Shown: piece after piece, positions 1 to 9,728 of the stretch
Numbering within the stretch: the first letter of the stretch is position 1
Layout of the letters: each line of letters starts with the position of its first letter
NCBI GenBank assembly: GCA_965198175.1
Contig: OZ240245.1
Location: forward strand, 3,872,001-3,936,000
Reading direction: 5' to 3'
DNA length: 64,000 nucleotides
Origin: Candidatus Poribacteria bacterium
GTDB taxonomy: Bacteria; Poribacteria; WGA-4E; PCPOR2b
Translations under genes and position numbers: made by a program
Notes under the pieces: model-generated
Told to the model about the DNA's origin: nothing
Database searches by the model: none
What the model saw: only the letters and a program-made list of their open reading frames with translations

Positions 1-964
1 GTATCGGTATGGGGTCTATGGTGTCGCCTTCAGCCCGGATGGACGGACGCTCGCCAGTGCTGAAAGCTACGCTACCCTTCGTTTGTGGGATGCCGTGACA
101 GGTGACCACAAACGGATACTCACTGGGCATACGAGTTCGGTCCAAAGCGTCACCTTCAGCCCCAATGGGACGATGCTGGCAAGTGGTGATTCTAACGGCA
201 CGGTGCGGATGTGGGATGCTAGCACAGGGGAGCCAAAGCATGTCCTCAACGGGCACACGGAAGAGGTCGCTGGCGTCGCCTTCAGCCCGGACGGGCGAAC
301 CCTCGCTAGCGGCAGTTACGATGACACCATCCGATTGTGGGATACCGTGACAGGCGACCACAACCGGACACTCACCGGTCATAAGTGGGCGGTCCACTGC
401 GTCGTCTTCAGTCCTGATGGAGAAGCAATCGCCAGTGGGAGTTGGCACGAGATTCGGCTATGGGATGCAAGCACGGGCGAACACCAGCGGACTCTCACCG
501 GAATTGCGTCCCTCGTCGAAAGCCTAGCGTTCAGTCCAGATGGAAGTACGCTCGCTAGTGGGGGGCTAGACGGCACAGTCCTCCTTTGGCAGCTCACACC
601 TTCAGCCAATATCAACACTGGCGTTGCGGTAGAACCGTTGGCAAAACGTTTTACGACGCTTGGGGACGTCAAACGAACTGCTTTACTGCAAAATTATCCC
701 AATCCATTTAACCCCGAAACGTGGATACCTTATCAGTTGGCGGAAGACGCTCCGGTAACACTAACCATCTATGACCAGAGCGGTTATGTGGTTCGTACAC
801 TTGAGTTTGGGAATCAGAGTTCGGGCAGCTACGAGAGTCAAGCCGAGGCGGCGTATTGGGACGGACGCAACGAAGATGGAGAAGTAGTCACAAGCGGCGT
901 CTATTTCTACCAACTCCGTGCAGGCGATTATACGGCGTTACGACGGATGGTAATACTAAAGTAG
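1..964 (+). CDS. WD40-repeat protein with C-terminal FlgD-Ig/T9SS-CTD-like domain (5' end beyond the window edge)
   Basis: Repeated GH...V.FSPDG..LASGS.D.T.RLWD units, then LLQNYPNPFNPETWIPYQL...YWDGRN...SGVYFYQL. The reading frame is open back to the window start. Confidence 0.9.
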   Translation, partial: YRYGVYGVAFSPDGRTLASAESYATLRLWDAVTGDHKRILTGHTSSVQSVTFSPNGTMLASGDSNGTVRMWDASTGEPKHVLNGHTEEVAGVAFSPDGRTLASGSYDDTIRLWDTVTGDHNRTLTGHKWAVHCVVFSPDGEAIASGSWHEIRLWDASTGEHQRTLTGIASLVESLAFSPDGSTLASGGLDGTVLLWQLTPSANINTGVAVEPLAKRFTTLGDVKRTALLQNYPNPFNPETWIPYQLAEDAPVTLTIYDQSGYVVRTLEFGNQSSGSYESQAEAAYWDGRNEDGEVVTSGVYFYQLRAGDYTALRRMVILK

Positions 965-995
965 TATCAAATGACCAAATGGCGTTCAGGGTTGG

Positions 996-1922
996 TCAAT
1001 TAACTCCGGTATTCCTAAACACTTTGAAGTTATCAAATTTGGTGCCTCTATACGATGTTCCCCCTTTTATCGTCCAGACACCCGCTTGACCACTTTGATA
1101 GCGCTCCGGAGAGTGGTCGGAGGCTTCCAACAACCACGTTCCTAGCTCGGTCTCTCCCTTCGGCCATACCTTCCCCCTCAGATAGGTGTAGGCGTCGTGG
1201 GTCGTTACCTCGAACTGAAAAACGTACCATCGGTTATCCTCAAGATGAAGGGAGGTCTGGTTCAAGTAGATATTACCATACCTTCCTTGCTCAATGGGCA
1301 TGCGTTTGGCAATCTGAAGCTTTTTGTGGAAATCGGACGTTCGGAGCCTGTAGTTCTGAAGGGAGGAGTTCCAATAGGCAAACACACCGGCATCGCCGGT
1401 ATGCTCTATCCGGAGTTCCACCTGAACGACGTAGCTCGACCAGCCCTTTTCTCCAACTAGTGCAGCGCTGTTTGGGGCGTTTCTATCCGACTGTTCCAAT
1501 ACACGACTTCCCAAGGTAGAGATACCCCATTTCCCGCGGGAAGGGAAAATCCATACTTTCTGACCCTCCATTTGCGTTCTACTCTCAAAGTTGTCCTCAA
1601 ACAACGTTTCGCGGCGGAAGCCGTGAAGTTGAGACAGCATCCCTTCGAGTGTTTCGACTCTCGCTTCAAAGTTCTCCTTTTGCTGGACCTTTATCAGCAA
1701 CTGCGTTTTTCCGGGAATGACTATCTTTTGCCCCGTTTTAATCAGGTTAGGATTTGAGATGCTGTTGTATTTAGCCAGTTGCAGCCATAACGAGGCATCC
1801 TGTAGTTTCTCTTTAGCTATTTTCTCGAGCGTATCGCCTTTCTGGATGGTGTAGAGGTCTTCCTGTGCTATCACAAAATTGCAGCACAGTACAATCAATA
1901 CAACCGTCCCTATTATCTTCAT
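996..1922 (-). CDS. Secreted LysM-domain protein with a C-terminal lectin/ConA-like beta-sandwich
   Basis: Signal peptide MKIIGTVVLIVLCC; LysM YTIQKGDTLEKIA...NPNLIKTGQKIVIP; beta-rich C-terminus ending FDNFKV. SD GGAGGT precedes the ATG at 1922. Confidence 0.8.
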   Translation of the reverse strand: MKIIGTVVLIVLCCNFVIAQEDLYTIQKGDTLEKIAKEKLQDASLWLQLAKYNSISNPNLIKTGQKIVIPGKTQLLIKVQQKENFEARVETLEGMLSQLHGFRRETLFEDNFESRTQMEGQKVWIFPSRGKWGISTLGSRVLEQSDRNAPNSAALVGEKGWSSYVVQVELRIEHTGDAGVFAYWNSSLQNYRLRTSDFHKKLQIAKRMPIEQGRYGNIYLNQTSLHLEDNRWYVFQFEVTTHDAYTYLRGKVWPKGETELGTWLLEASDHSPERYQSGQAGVWTIKGGTSYRGTKFDNFKVFRNTGVN

Positions 1923-2230
1923 GATTTTACCTCCTGTTGAACTCATAAGTTGTTAGTGCGGAAGAGAGAAACCGAGTTTTCGAGAATAAACTCGGTTACG
2001 TCGCCAAAGGAACGGTGAAATTATATCCAATTGAGCGGGGGAAGGGCAAGGGGAAAATGCAACATTCGACAAGAATCGAAACCGCGAATCGAAAAGATTC
2101 GTTTTTGGCAAAGGCAGGCGTTATCAAACTCAATCGAGATTAGTACTACGTGAAAACACAGTTTCACTTTAGCATTCGACAACAAGAGAGGACATTCTGC
2201 TTAGAGGCAAGCCCAGCAGAAAATGAGATT

Positions 2231-2893
2231 ATGAAGCGCATATTAGAACCGGAAGTGATGGACACACGTGAAGAAACCGAAGCGTATGATGCGATGGATC
2301 ACTCTGAAGTCAACACGTCATTTGTAGAGCGCGTCATTGAACTTGGTGCGTGCGAAGGGCATTTCCTAGATCTTGGGACAGGAACAGCGGACATCCCCAT
2401 CCTGATAGCCCAACGCCTGTCGACGATTCACATTGTCGCGATTGACCTCTCCGTGAACATGCTAAAATTGGGCGGGATTCACATTGCCGAAGCGGGGTTA
2501 GTCAATCGAATTGTATTGGATCGTGTCGATGCAAAATCCCTCCCCTATCCAGACCAATCGTTCGATGGGGTCATCTCCAATAGCATCATCCACCACATCC
2601 CTGATCCGATGCCGGCGCTTCGGGAAATGAGTCGGACTGTCCGCCGCGGCGGTTTAATTCTGATTCGAGATTTGATGCGTCCTGAAACCCCCGAAGCCGC
2701 TCAAACCCTCGTAGACCAATACGCAGCAAATGACACACCCTACCAGAATAAACTTCTTTATGACTCCTTCCGCGCCGCCTTCACAATTTCTGAGGTTGAG
2801 GTGATGCTTGCCCAAGTGAATTTGCCCAACGCCACTGTCGTGCAGAGCTCGGATCGCCACTGGTCTATCGAACGACCTATCCAACGCATTTGA
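2231..2893 (+). CDS. Class I SAM-dependent methyltransferase
   Basis: Motif I LDLGTGTA, IDLS, FDGVISNSIIHH. Start placed at MKRILEPEVMD. Confidence 0.85.
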   Translation: MKRILEPEVMDTREETEAYDAMDHSEVNTSFVERVIELGACEGHFLDLGTGTADIPILIAQRLSTIHIVAIDLSVNMLKLGGIHIAEAGLVNRIVLDRVDAKSLPYPDQSFDGVISNSIIHHIPDPMPALREMSRTVRRGGLILIRDLMRPETPEAAQTLVDQYAANDTPYQNKLLYDSFRAAFTISEVEVMLAQVNLPNATVVQSSDRHWSIERPIQRI

Positions 2894-2903
2894 TTGTTGA
2901 CAA

Positions 2904-4175
2904 CTACTCCGGTAAAGACATAACCTCTTCTTCAATTTCCATCAACCGATTGTATTTAACAACACGTTCGCCCCGCGATGGACCTACCTTAACAAAGTCG
3001 GCACTCGCCGCCACAGCGAGGTCGATAATCAGCGTATCTGTCGTTTCACCGCCGCCTCGATGGGAAACGATTACGTTGAGTCCATGCTCCTTTGCTAGCG
3101 TTGTCGCTTCCACAGTCTCACTCAGGGTCCCCACTTGATTCGGCTTGATCAAGATGGCGTTGATTGCCTTGAGATCGATGGCTTTTTGCAGGCGTGTCAC
3201 GTTCGTTGCCGTAAGATCGTCTCCAACGTTCATCACCCTCTTACCTAAGCGTTCGTTAAGCGTTGTCCATGAATTCCAGTCGTCCTCTCCAAGACCATCT
3301 TCAATCGAGAAAATAGGATATTCACTCACCAATTCCTCATAATAGCTGATAAGCTGTGCAGCGGACAAGGTTCTGTTTTCCCTTTCGAGACGGTACGAAC
3401 CGTCTTTGTAGAATTCGGAGGCAGCCGGGTCCAGCGCTATCGAAACCTCCTTCATCGGCTCATACCCGGCATCAACGATTGCCTCTTGGATATAGATTAG
3501 GGGCTCCTTGTTCGATTGCATGCCAGCGGGCGCGTAGGCACCTTCCAATCCCACATTGATAGCGTACCCTTGGGCTTTGAGCAGTTTTCCGAGCGTATGA
3601 TATATCTCGATTCCAGCTCGCACTGCGTCACGGGAATTCACATCTGCGCGAATCCCCACCATATATTCCTGCAAATCTGTGGAATCGTCTGCGTGACGTC
3701 CACCTTCAACGACAACCATCATCGGCTTCGGCAGAGAAGCCCTCTCGCCTGCCAAGCCGTACGTTTCCCGGACATACTTATACAGAGGTATAGCCCGCGA
3801 AGCGCATGCGGCTCGCGCGCATGCGAGAGAAACGCTGAGAATAGAATTTCCGCCCAGATGCTCCCGTCGAGCGGTAACATCCAAAGCGATTAACTGCGCA
3901 TCAATTTCTTTTTGGTCGAACACCTCAGTTCCTACTATCGCGGGCGCAATCACGTTGTTAACATTGTGCGCCGACTTGAGCATTCCACGACCGCAATACC
4001 TTGCCGGATCGGCGTCTAGCAAAGTTAGGGCTTCGTATCTGCCAGCGGAAGAACCAAAGGGGACAGATGCAATTCCGGTAATTCCACTATTGAGCATCAC
4101 CATGGTCTCAATCGTGGGGAATGCCCCGCTGCTCAGAATCTCACGTGCTCGAATCGCTTTTATCTTTGGGTTCAA
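2904..4175 (-). CDS. eno: Enolase (divergent)
   Basis: AREIL, GGRHAD, LQEY, LDPAASEFY, SIEDG, VGDDL, IKPNQVGTLSE, SHR, RGERVVKYNRL. Confidence 0.85.
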   Translation of the reverse strand: MNPKIKAIRAREILSSGAFPTIETMVMLNSGITGIASVPFGSSAGRYEALTLLDADPARYCGRGMLKSAHNVNNVIAPAIVGTEVFDQKEIDAQLIALDVTARREHLGGNSILSVSLACARAACASRAIPLYKYVRETYGLAGERASLPKPMMVVVEGGRHADDSTDLQEYMVGIRADVNSRDAVRAGIEIYHTLGKLLKAQGYAINVGLEGAYAPAGMQSNKEPLIYIQEAIVDAGYEPMKEVSIALDPAASEFYKDGSYRLERENRTLSAAQLISYYEELVSEYPIFSIEDGLGEDDWNSWTTLNERLGKRVMNVGDDLTATNVTRLQKAIDLKAINAILIKPNQVGTLSETVEATTLAKEHGLNVIVSHRGGGETTDTLIIDLAVAASADFVKVGPSRGERVVKYNRLMEIEEEVMSLPE

Positions 4176-4330
4176 CTAGATAATCTACCTTTCTGGATTT
4201 ATGGGGTCTGTTCGATTTTGACTCAGTATTGCGAATCTCCACGAGTTATGTATTTGCCGTTGTGGATGTCAACCCATTTTCAAAGTTGCAGCGCACCGTC
4301 AGATAAGTAGTGCCCTTAGGAAAAATTAGG

Positions 4331-4368
4331 ATTATAGCATAGAACTCGGCATCAATCTATGCTATAAT
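4331..4368. promoter_or_regulatory. Palindromic back-to-back extended -10 elements (bidirectional promoter candidate) between eno and the Ldh_2 gene
   Basis: ATTATAGCATAGA-N12-TCTATGCTATAAT, giving TGcTATAAT on both strands between divergent genes. Confidence 0.6.
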
Positions 4369-4555
4369 AAGTATAATTTCAAGCAATGAGCGCCATCGCT
4401 GGGCCTGATGGACGCGATCAAGCTTGTGAGCAGCGATGGAACTTATTTTCCAATAGAAGGTCGTAACATCACGTTGGTTGAGATTCCGATTTCTACGAAT
4501 CACGGACCTGTCGATTCTGAAAAGTCGACCTAAATGATTATAAAAGGATGAACAA

Positions 4556-5584
4556 ATGGCAACATCTCGACGTATTCAAGCGGATGTACTACGGGACTTC
4601 TGTACACAACTTTTTGAGGCTGTTGGAACACCCTCTGAGATTGCAGAGGTGGTCGCCCGAATCCTTGTCAATTCGGATCTCAAAGGACATCTCTCCCACG
4701 GTGCGTTCCAGATTCCCGGTTATATACAGTCAATAGAAAACAAGGGGTTGGTTCCTGATGGAACTCCTGAGATTTTACGACAGACTGCGAGCACAGCTTT
4801 CGTGGATTCTAAATTGTGTTGGGGTCACTACGCTGGTCAGTGGTGTATGAACCTCGCGATTGAGAAAGCGCGTGCTACCGGGATGGGGGCAGTCAGTATC
4901 ACAAATTCTCATCATATCGGTAGGTTGGGTGAATACGCAGAGCAAGCCGCCGCAGAGGGCTTTGCCGCCATCCTTGTGACTGGCGGCAGATCGATAGGTG
5001 GCGCAAGTCCATTTGGCGGGGCTGAAGGCGCGTTGGGCACGAATCCCATTGCCTTCGGCTTTCCAAGTGCAGATGGGAGACACTTTATCTCGGATTTTGC
5101 CACTACGGCAATCGCGGGCGCAAAAATCCACATCGCACGTATTAAAGGGACAACGCTTCCCCCTGGGTCTATCATTGACAAGCATGGACACCCGAGTGTC
5201 GATCCCGAAGATTTTTACGATGGCGGAAGGCTACTCGTCTTCGGCGGCTACAAGGGCTATGCGATTTCCTTGCTGACATGTCTGCTCGGCGGTTTAGCCG
5301 GCGTCAACCCCGACTCAGGCGATATGGGCGGAACCTATTTTCAAGCGATTGACATCAGCGCCTTTCAGCCGCTCAAGGATTACCAAGGAGCCGTGAAATC
5401 GTTCCTCAATGGTATCCGATCTATCCCACCGGCGCCCGGCTTCTCAGAAGTACTTGTCCCTGGGGATCCTGAACGGAATGCAGAAGCAGAACAATTACGC
5501 GAAGGGATTGATCTGCCGGAGAAGATTCGACAAGAACTGCTGGAATGCGGTGAGAAGTACAATGTCACAGCCACGTTGGGATAG
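4556..5584 (+). CDS. Ldh_2 family NAD(P)-dependent oxidoreductase (malate/L-lactate/ureidoglycolate dehydrogenase-like)
   Basis: SDLKGHLSHG, NSHHIGRLG, GTNPIAFGFP, DFATT, GGYKGY, VLVPGDPE. Confidence 0.9.
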   Translation: MATSRRIQADVLRDFCTQLFEAVGTPSEIAEVVARILVNSDLKGHLSHGAFQIPGYIQSIENKGLVPDGTPEILRQTASTAFVDSKLCWGHYAGQWCMNLAIEKARATGMGAVSITNSHHIGRLGEYAEQAAAEGFAAILVTGGRSIGGASPFGGAEGALGTNPIAFGFPSADGRHFISDFATTAIAGAKIHIARIKGTTLPPGSIIDKHGHPSVDPEDFYDGGRLLVFGGYKGYAISLLTCLLGGLAGVNPDSGDMGGTYFQAIDISAFQPLKDYQGAVKSFLNGIRSIPPAPGFSEVLVPGDPERNAEAEQLREGIDLPEKIRQELLECGEKYNVTATLG

Positions 5585-5776
5585 GAACATGCTCATGCCG
5601 CACTGCCCTTGCGGGCGCCGAATTCATTGCAACTAGAACGTTACAAAAGCCAAAAAACTGAGCAAGAAAAGGCGCCGATTACGGTAATTCACTTGATTTT
5701 AAATGACGGACAAATGGTACTATACACGACAGCAGTATCACGACCCCCGTTTTGGAAAATACAGGAGAATAACCCC

Positions 5777-6568
5777 ATGACAGAAGAACAAGTTAACTAT
5801 TTTCGGACATTTGGATTTATCCAATTCAAGGATTTTCTGGAGCCGGAAGAGGTTGAAACGCTCTCGGAGGCATTTGACGAAGCCATGTTGAAAGGGCGTA
5901 ACGGTGCACCGCCGCCAAAACCAAATGAGCCGAGGCAACAGATTAATTCCAGCATCCCACCCCATATCTCATTCTTCGACCTTAACCCGGACGTGTTTTA
6001 CCGGCTATTGGTTGATGAACGGTTCGTCGATGTTTTCCGAAACTTGCTTGGCGACGACTTCATCCTCCCCATCAGCGAGGGGCTTCTTCATACTGCCGGA
6101 TCCGGCTGGCATCATGACAACGTTGCCGAACCGCCTTACTTCACAATGCGGGCTCATATCTATTTGGATTACCTTGGCCCTGAGGATGGGTGTCTCAATG
6201 TTATCCCAGGCAGCCATTTCAGCGAGTTCCGAGAAGCTCTTGTCGAGAATCTTGGCGGGTTAGGGGTGCGTCCCGAGGACGTGCCGGGCCGGTATGCACT
6301 CATGAACGAGCCGAGGGATGTTATTTTTCTGAATCATAAGACGCACCATGCTGCCCTGAGCGACAGACCCTACCGCCGGTGTATCCATATAAACGCTATC
6401 AAGCCTAAACATACGGAATCGGTGTCCGAACAGATTGAGGCGCTGAAAAATCACCTGCAAAGCCAATATGCGGAGACTCGCATTACGGCTGCTGCGGCGC
6501 TGAAACGGATTGGCACCCTCGAAGCCTTGACGGTCCTCGAAGCATACGAGAAATCGAGTCTCGATTGA
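5777..6568 (+). CDS. Phytanoyl-CoA dioxygenase (PhyH) family Fe/2OG oxygenase with HEAT-like tail
   Basis: F..FGF, GWHHD (HxD), GCLNVIPGSH, distal THHA. SD AGGAG before the ATG at 5777. Confidence 0.8.
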   Translation: MTEEQVNYFRTFGFIQFKDFLEPEEVETLSEAFDEAMLKGRNGAPPPKPNEPRQQINSSIPPHISFFDLNPDVFYRLLVDERFVDVFRNLLGDDFILPISEGLLHTAGSGWHHDNVAEPPYFTMRAHIYLDYLGPEDGCLNVIPGSHFSEFREALVENLGGLGVRPEDVPGRYALMNEPRDVIFLNHKTHHAALSDRPYRRCIHINAIKPKHTESVSEQIEALKNHLQSQYAETRITAAAALKRIGTLEALTVLEAYEKSSLD

Positions 6569-6726
6569 GGCTTGCGTGCTTTCATGAGTAACTACGTCGG
6601 CGGACAGACGGGAAGGCAACTTACGACCGGCTCAACCACGGTTTAACCGCGTAAACCTCAAAGTATCGGAATGCGACGCTCTAGCCAGTAGAAACCGATT
6701 CTTTGAAAAAGATTCAGGAGTTTGTG

Positions 6727-7491
6727 ATGGAATCTCCTCTTCACATCACTGATACCCAAAAACAACAGTTTCAAGAAGACGGCTATTTCATTCTCAAGAG
6801 CGTGATCCCAACTCACTTTCTGCAACTGCTTCGAGACGAATGTCAAACGTTCATCGATCAGGCGAATGCCGAAATGGATAAGCAAAATGCGGATGTCCTC
6901 GGTCTCAACCACCGGAACAAACGCTATTTTGTTGCCAACTGCTTCCGACAACAGCCTGAGCTTCGTGCATTCCTGTTTAGTGATATGATGGTAGAAATCT
7001 GTCGGGCAACGCTCGGCGACACTGCATACCTTTTCTGGGAACAGTATGTCGTCAAAGGAGCCGATGGCGGCATGAAGTTTGGCTGGCACCAGGATTCAGG
7101 GTATGTTGGCTACCCGGATCACAAGTCGTATTTGACTTGCTGGTGCGCGTTGGATGACATGACGGAGGAAAATGGCACAGCTTACATTATGCCCTTTTCC
7201 CGAATCGGCATTCGATCGTGGGTTCAACATATTCACGAGAAGGGCAGTAATGACCGAGTCGGCTATTTCGGAGACGATCCCGGAATCCCGGTTATTGCTC
7301 CAGCCGGGAGCATTGCCGTTTTTACTAGTATTAACTTCCATCGCAGCGGACCCAATCGGACGAGTCGACTACGTCGCACATATTTAGCACAATATTCTCC
7401 GGAGCCGATTCGTTCAGCCGACGGCACAAAACTGTGGGGAAACGCCGAGCCGTTGATAGTGGATGGGAAGCGAGAGCGGTATGCACCTTGA
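6727..7491 (+). CDS. PhyH family dioxygenase
   Basis: FQEDGY, WHQDSGY, WCALDD...ENG, FHRSGPN. Confidence 0.9.
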   Translation: MESPLHITDTQKQQFQEDGYFILKSVIPTHFLQLLRDECQTFIDQANAEMDKQNADVLGLNHRNKRYFVANCFRQQPELRAFLFSDMMVEICRATLGDTAYLFWEQYVVKGADGGMKFGWHQDSGYVGYPDHKSYLTCWCALDDMTEENGTAYIMPFSRIGIRSWVQHIHEKGSNDRVGYFGDDPGIPVIAPAGSIAVFTSINFHRSGPNRTSRLRRTYLAQYSPEPIRSADGTKLWGNAEPLIVDGKRERYAP

Positions 7492-7533
7492 GTAGACGAA
7501 CACGAGGTTCTAGCTTCGCAAAAAGAGGGCGAT

Positions 7534-8472
7534 ATGCAGTCGGAATTCGGATCTAAAATCGATGTCCCAAAGGTTCTTTCTGAGAGAATGGTCAAGTCGT
7601 TCGTTGAGATGGGCTATCTCGACATCCCAGACCTGGTTGGCCCTGAAGAAATCGACGAATTGCGTCGCGATACTACCACACTGGCTAGCGGTGGATATCC
7701 AAACGAAGGTACTGAAACGCTTCCGCCTGGACTCAGTGATGAAGATGCGTTGCAAAACATCCTTTGTATCCATCAACCACACTACGTCAGTCCTGTCATG
7801 CAGAAATACGTCGAGCATCCAAAGATTTGTGGCGCCCTGAGCCAACTCGCAGCGGCTCACCTGCCTTATTGGGATGGCAGTGTGAAGTGCATGCAGTCGA
7901 TGCTGTTCGTCAAACCAGCGGGGTTTCAAGGGCAAGCGTGGCATCAGGACGAGATTTACATTCCAACCCGCGATCGCTCCTTGATTGGCGCGTGGATTGC
8001 CATGGATAATGCGACAGTCGAAAACGGGTGCTTGTGGGTGCTCCCCGGCTCGCATCGCACAGGCTACCTCTATCCACAGCGAGGCCACAACAACCCCGAT
8101 GAGTTTGATTTTGCACAGGAGAGTTACGGTTTCGATGATTCTGGTGAGATTCCAGTCGAGGTCACTACGGGAACGGTCGTTTTTTTCAACGGTTATTTGT
8201 TGCATCGTTCCCGCAAGAATCGCAGTGAGGTCTATCGGCGGGTTTTGGCGAATCACTACTGCAATGCGTGGTCGCTCCTTCCGTGGGGTCTCCGAGATGG
8301 TGAACACCCCGCGAATGCCGATCGACGCTGCATTGTGCCGGTTGCGGGAATCGATCCGTATGCGTGGAAGGGCTACGAGCCGCCGCCACAACGCTTCCAT
8401 TTGCGAATGTGCAAAGCCATCGAAGAAAGGCAGGCAGCACTGCTAGCGGAGAAGCAGGAAGTTGCGGACTAA
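7534..8472 (+). CDS. PhyH family dioxygenase
   Basis: KPAGFQGQAWHQD, WIAMDNATVENGCLWVLPGSH, LHRSRKN. Confidence 0.9.
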   Translation: MQSEFGSKIDVPKVLSERMVKSFVEMGYLDIPDLVGPEEIDELRRDTTTLASGGYPNEGTETLPPGLSDEDALQNILCIHQPHYVSPVMQKYVEHPKICGALSQLAAAHLPYWDGSVKCMQSMLFVKPAGFQGQAWHQDEIYIPTRDRSLIGAWIAMDNATVENGCLWVLPGSHRTGYLYPQRGHNNPDEFDFAQESYGFDDSGEIPVEVTTGTVVFFNGYLLHRSRKNRSEVYRRVLANHYCNAWSLLPWGLRDGEHPANADRRCIVPVAGIDPYAWKGYEPPPQRFHLRMCKAIEERQAALLAEKQEVAD

Positions 8473-8697
8473 CGCCTCTGCTTCCCCTACGCTAGCCGCC
8501 TATCTTCAGCGCTCCCGCGGCGAACGAGGCAAACCCGCGTCTGATTTTGTGACAATTGCCACTTTATTTTCTTGTGAGCGCAAAAAATATCAAGGCTGAG
8601 ATTGCTGTTCACCCGAACGCTTAAGTTTTCCCGGATAGATCTAGTAGGTTCATCGAGTTATCTAAATTTTCTCAACGCCAATTCGCCCCCGGCTCAA

Positions 8698-9489
8698 TCA
8701 GACCAAATAAATAGGTAAACTGCTGTCAGTCCCACGATAGTCGTCATGTTTACCGGACAGCCACAAGAAAACCTCGGCGGTATCATTGAAAGCCCGGTGC
8801 GCCTCCCGCCCGTAAGGGAAATGGCCCGAGCGCATATTATAAAGGTCATCAATGTCAAATTCCGGCTCGGCAATCCAGTCACGCTCTGGCGGGACGGTAC
8901 GTACGTACCAGTATTTCAGCATGTCGCGAATGCCAGTTGCAGTGGATGCTCCCTTTCGGTGCCACATATGATAGATAGTGACAAAGATGGATCCTGCGGG
9001 CGCTGCGGTTGATAGGACTCCACGGATTCCCGTGTAATGCGCCATATAGCTTTGCAAAGCGAAGAAAAAATGCGAGCCGGGCACCAAGTCCGTCGGTCCC
9101 ATTTCCACAGGGGTGTCGTGCGGATAATAAAACACTTGAAGTGCGTCTATTTTCGGACCGTAAATCGAGCCTCCATCGCGGTGCCAATGTTGCGGTGGCG
9201 CAGGGCACTTCGCCCGATGATTGCTCATGAAAATCGGCAGTTGGAAATTTCTCCCCAATAAAGATCGGACGATTCCCGCCGCTTGAGGATTGAGGATCAC
9301 ATTGTCTACAAACCAATCCTCCTTAAGGATATCATCTGCTTCACCAGGCTGAACACCTCCAAGAAAATCGGTTGTTTTGCGGTTAATCTCGTCGGGCACA
9401 ACAGCTTCCAGCATCAGAAATCCTTTCTGGCAGAATTCGAAAATCTGAGTGTCCGTCATTGTCGGTGCGCAATCGAATGTTCGTTTCAT
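8698..9489 (-). CDS. PhyH family dioxygenase
   Basis: HWHRDGG, FYYPHDTPVEMGPT..VPGSH, MWHRK. Start moved to MKRTFDC by alignment with the neighbouring paralogue. Confidence 0.85.
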   Translation of the reverse strand: MKRTFDCAPTMTDTQIFEFCQKGFLMLEAVVPDEINRKTTDFLGGVQPGEADDILKEDWFVDNVILNPQAAGIVRSLLGRNFQLPIFMSNHRAKCPAPPQHWHRDGGSIYGPKIDALQVFYYPHDTPVEMGPTDLVPGSHFFFALQSYMAHYTGIRGVLSTAAPAGSIFVTIYHMWHRKGASTATGIRDMLKYWYVRTVPPERDWIAEPEFDIDDLYNMRSGHFPYGREAHRAFNDTAEVFLWLSGKHDDYRGTDSSLPIYLV

Positions 9490-9728
9490 TATAGATAGAC
9501 TCCATTTTTCCAAAATGAATTTACAACGTGGATAATAGGTTTGGATGAAAATCCTGACAAGTTTTCCGTATTTGCATGACATGTCACCGTCTTCGCTGTG
9601 AAATCTAGCGTGATTGGATGCCTTTCGCCCAGAAAAACCGATCGATGCTAGTGCGGTTCTCAACAGTTACGCGGCAATCTTTGCAGCACCCTGTGTCTAT
9701 AGAGCATAAGGCACGATTAGCTTGCGAT

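Noticed and set aside
4393..4440. CCATCGCTG...CAGCGATGG hairpin as a hammerhead or fluoride riboswitch
   Set aside because: Core consensus nucleotides are absent; only a simple stem is supported.
7510..8400. 296-aa antisense ORF and similar shadow ORFs (e.g. 29667-30377, 11000-11581)
   Set aside because: They lie opposite well-supported genes and carry no motifs.
8530..8570. GGCAAACC as a c-di-GMP-I riboswitch
   Set aside because: It lacks the GAAA tetraloop stem and second hairpin, and lies between convergent genes.
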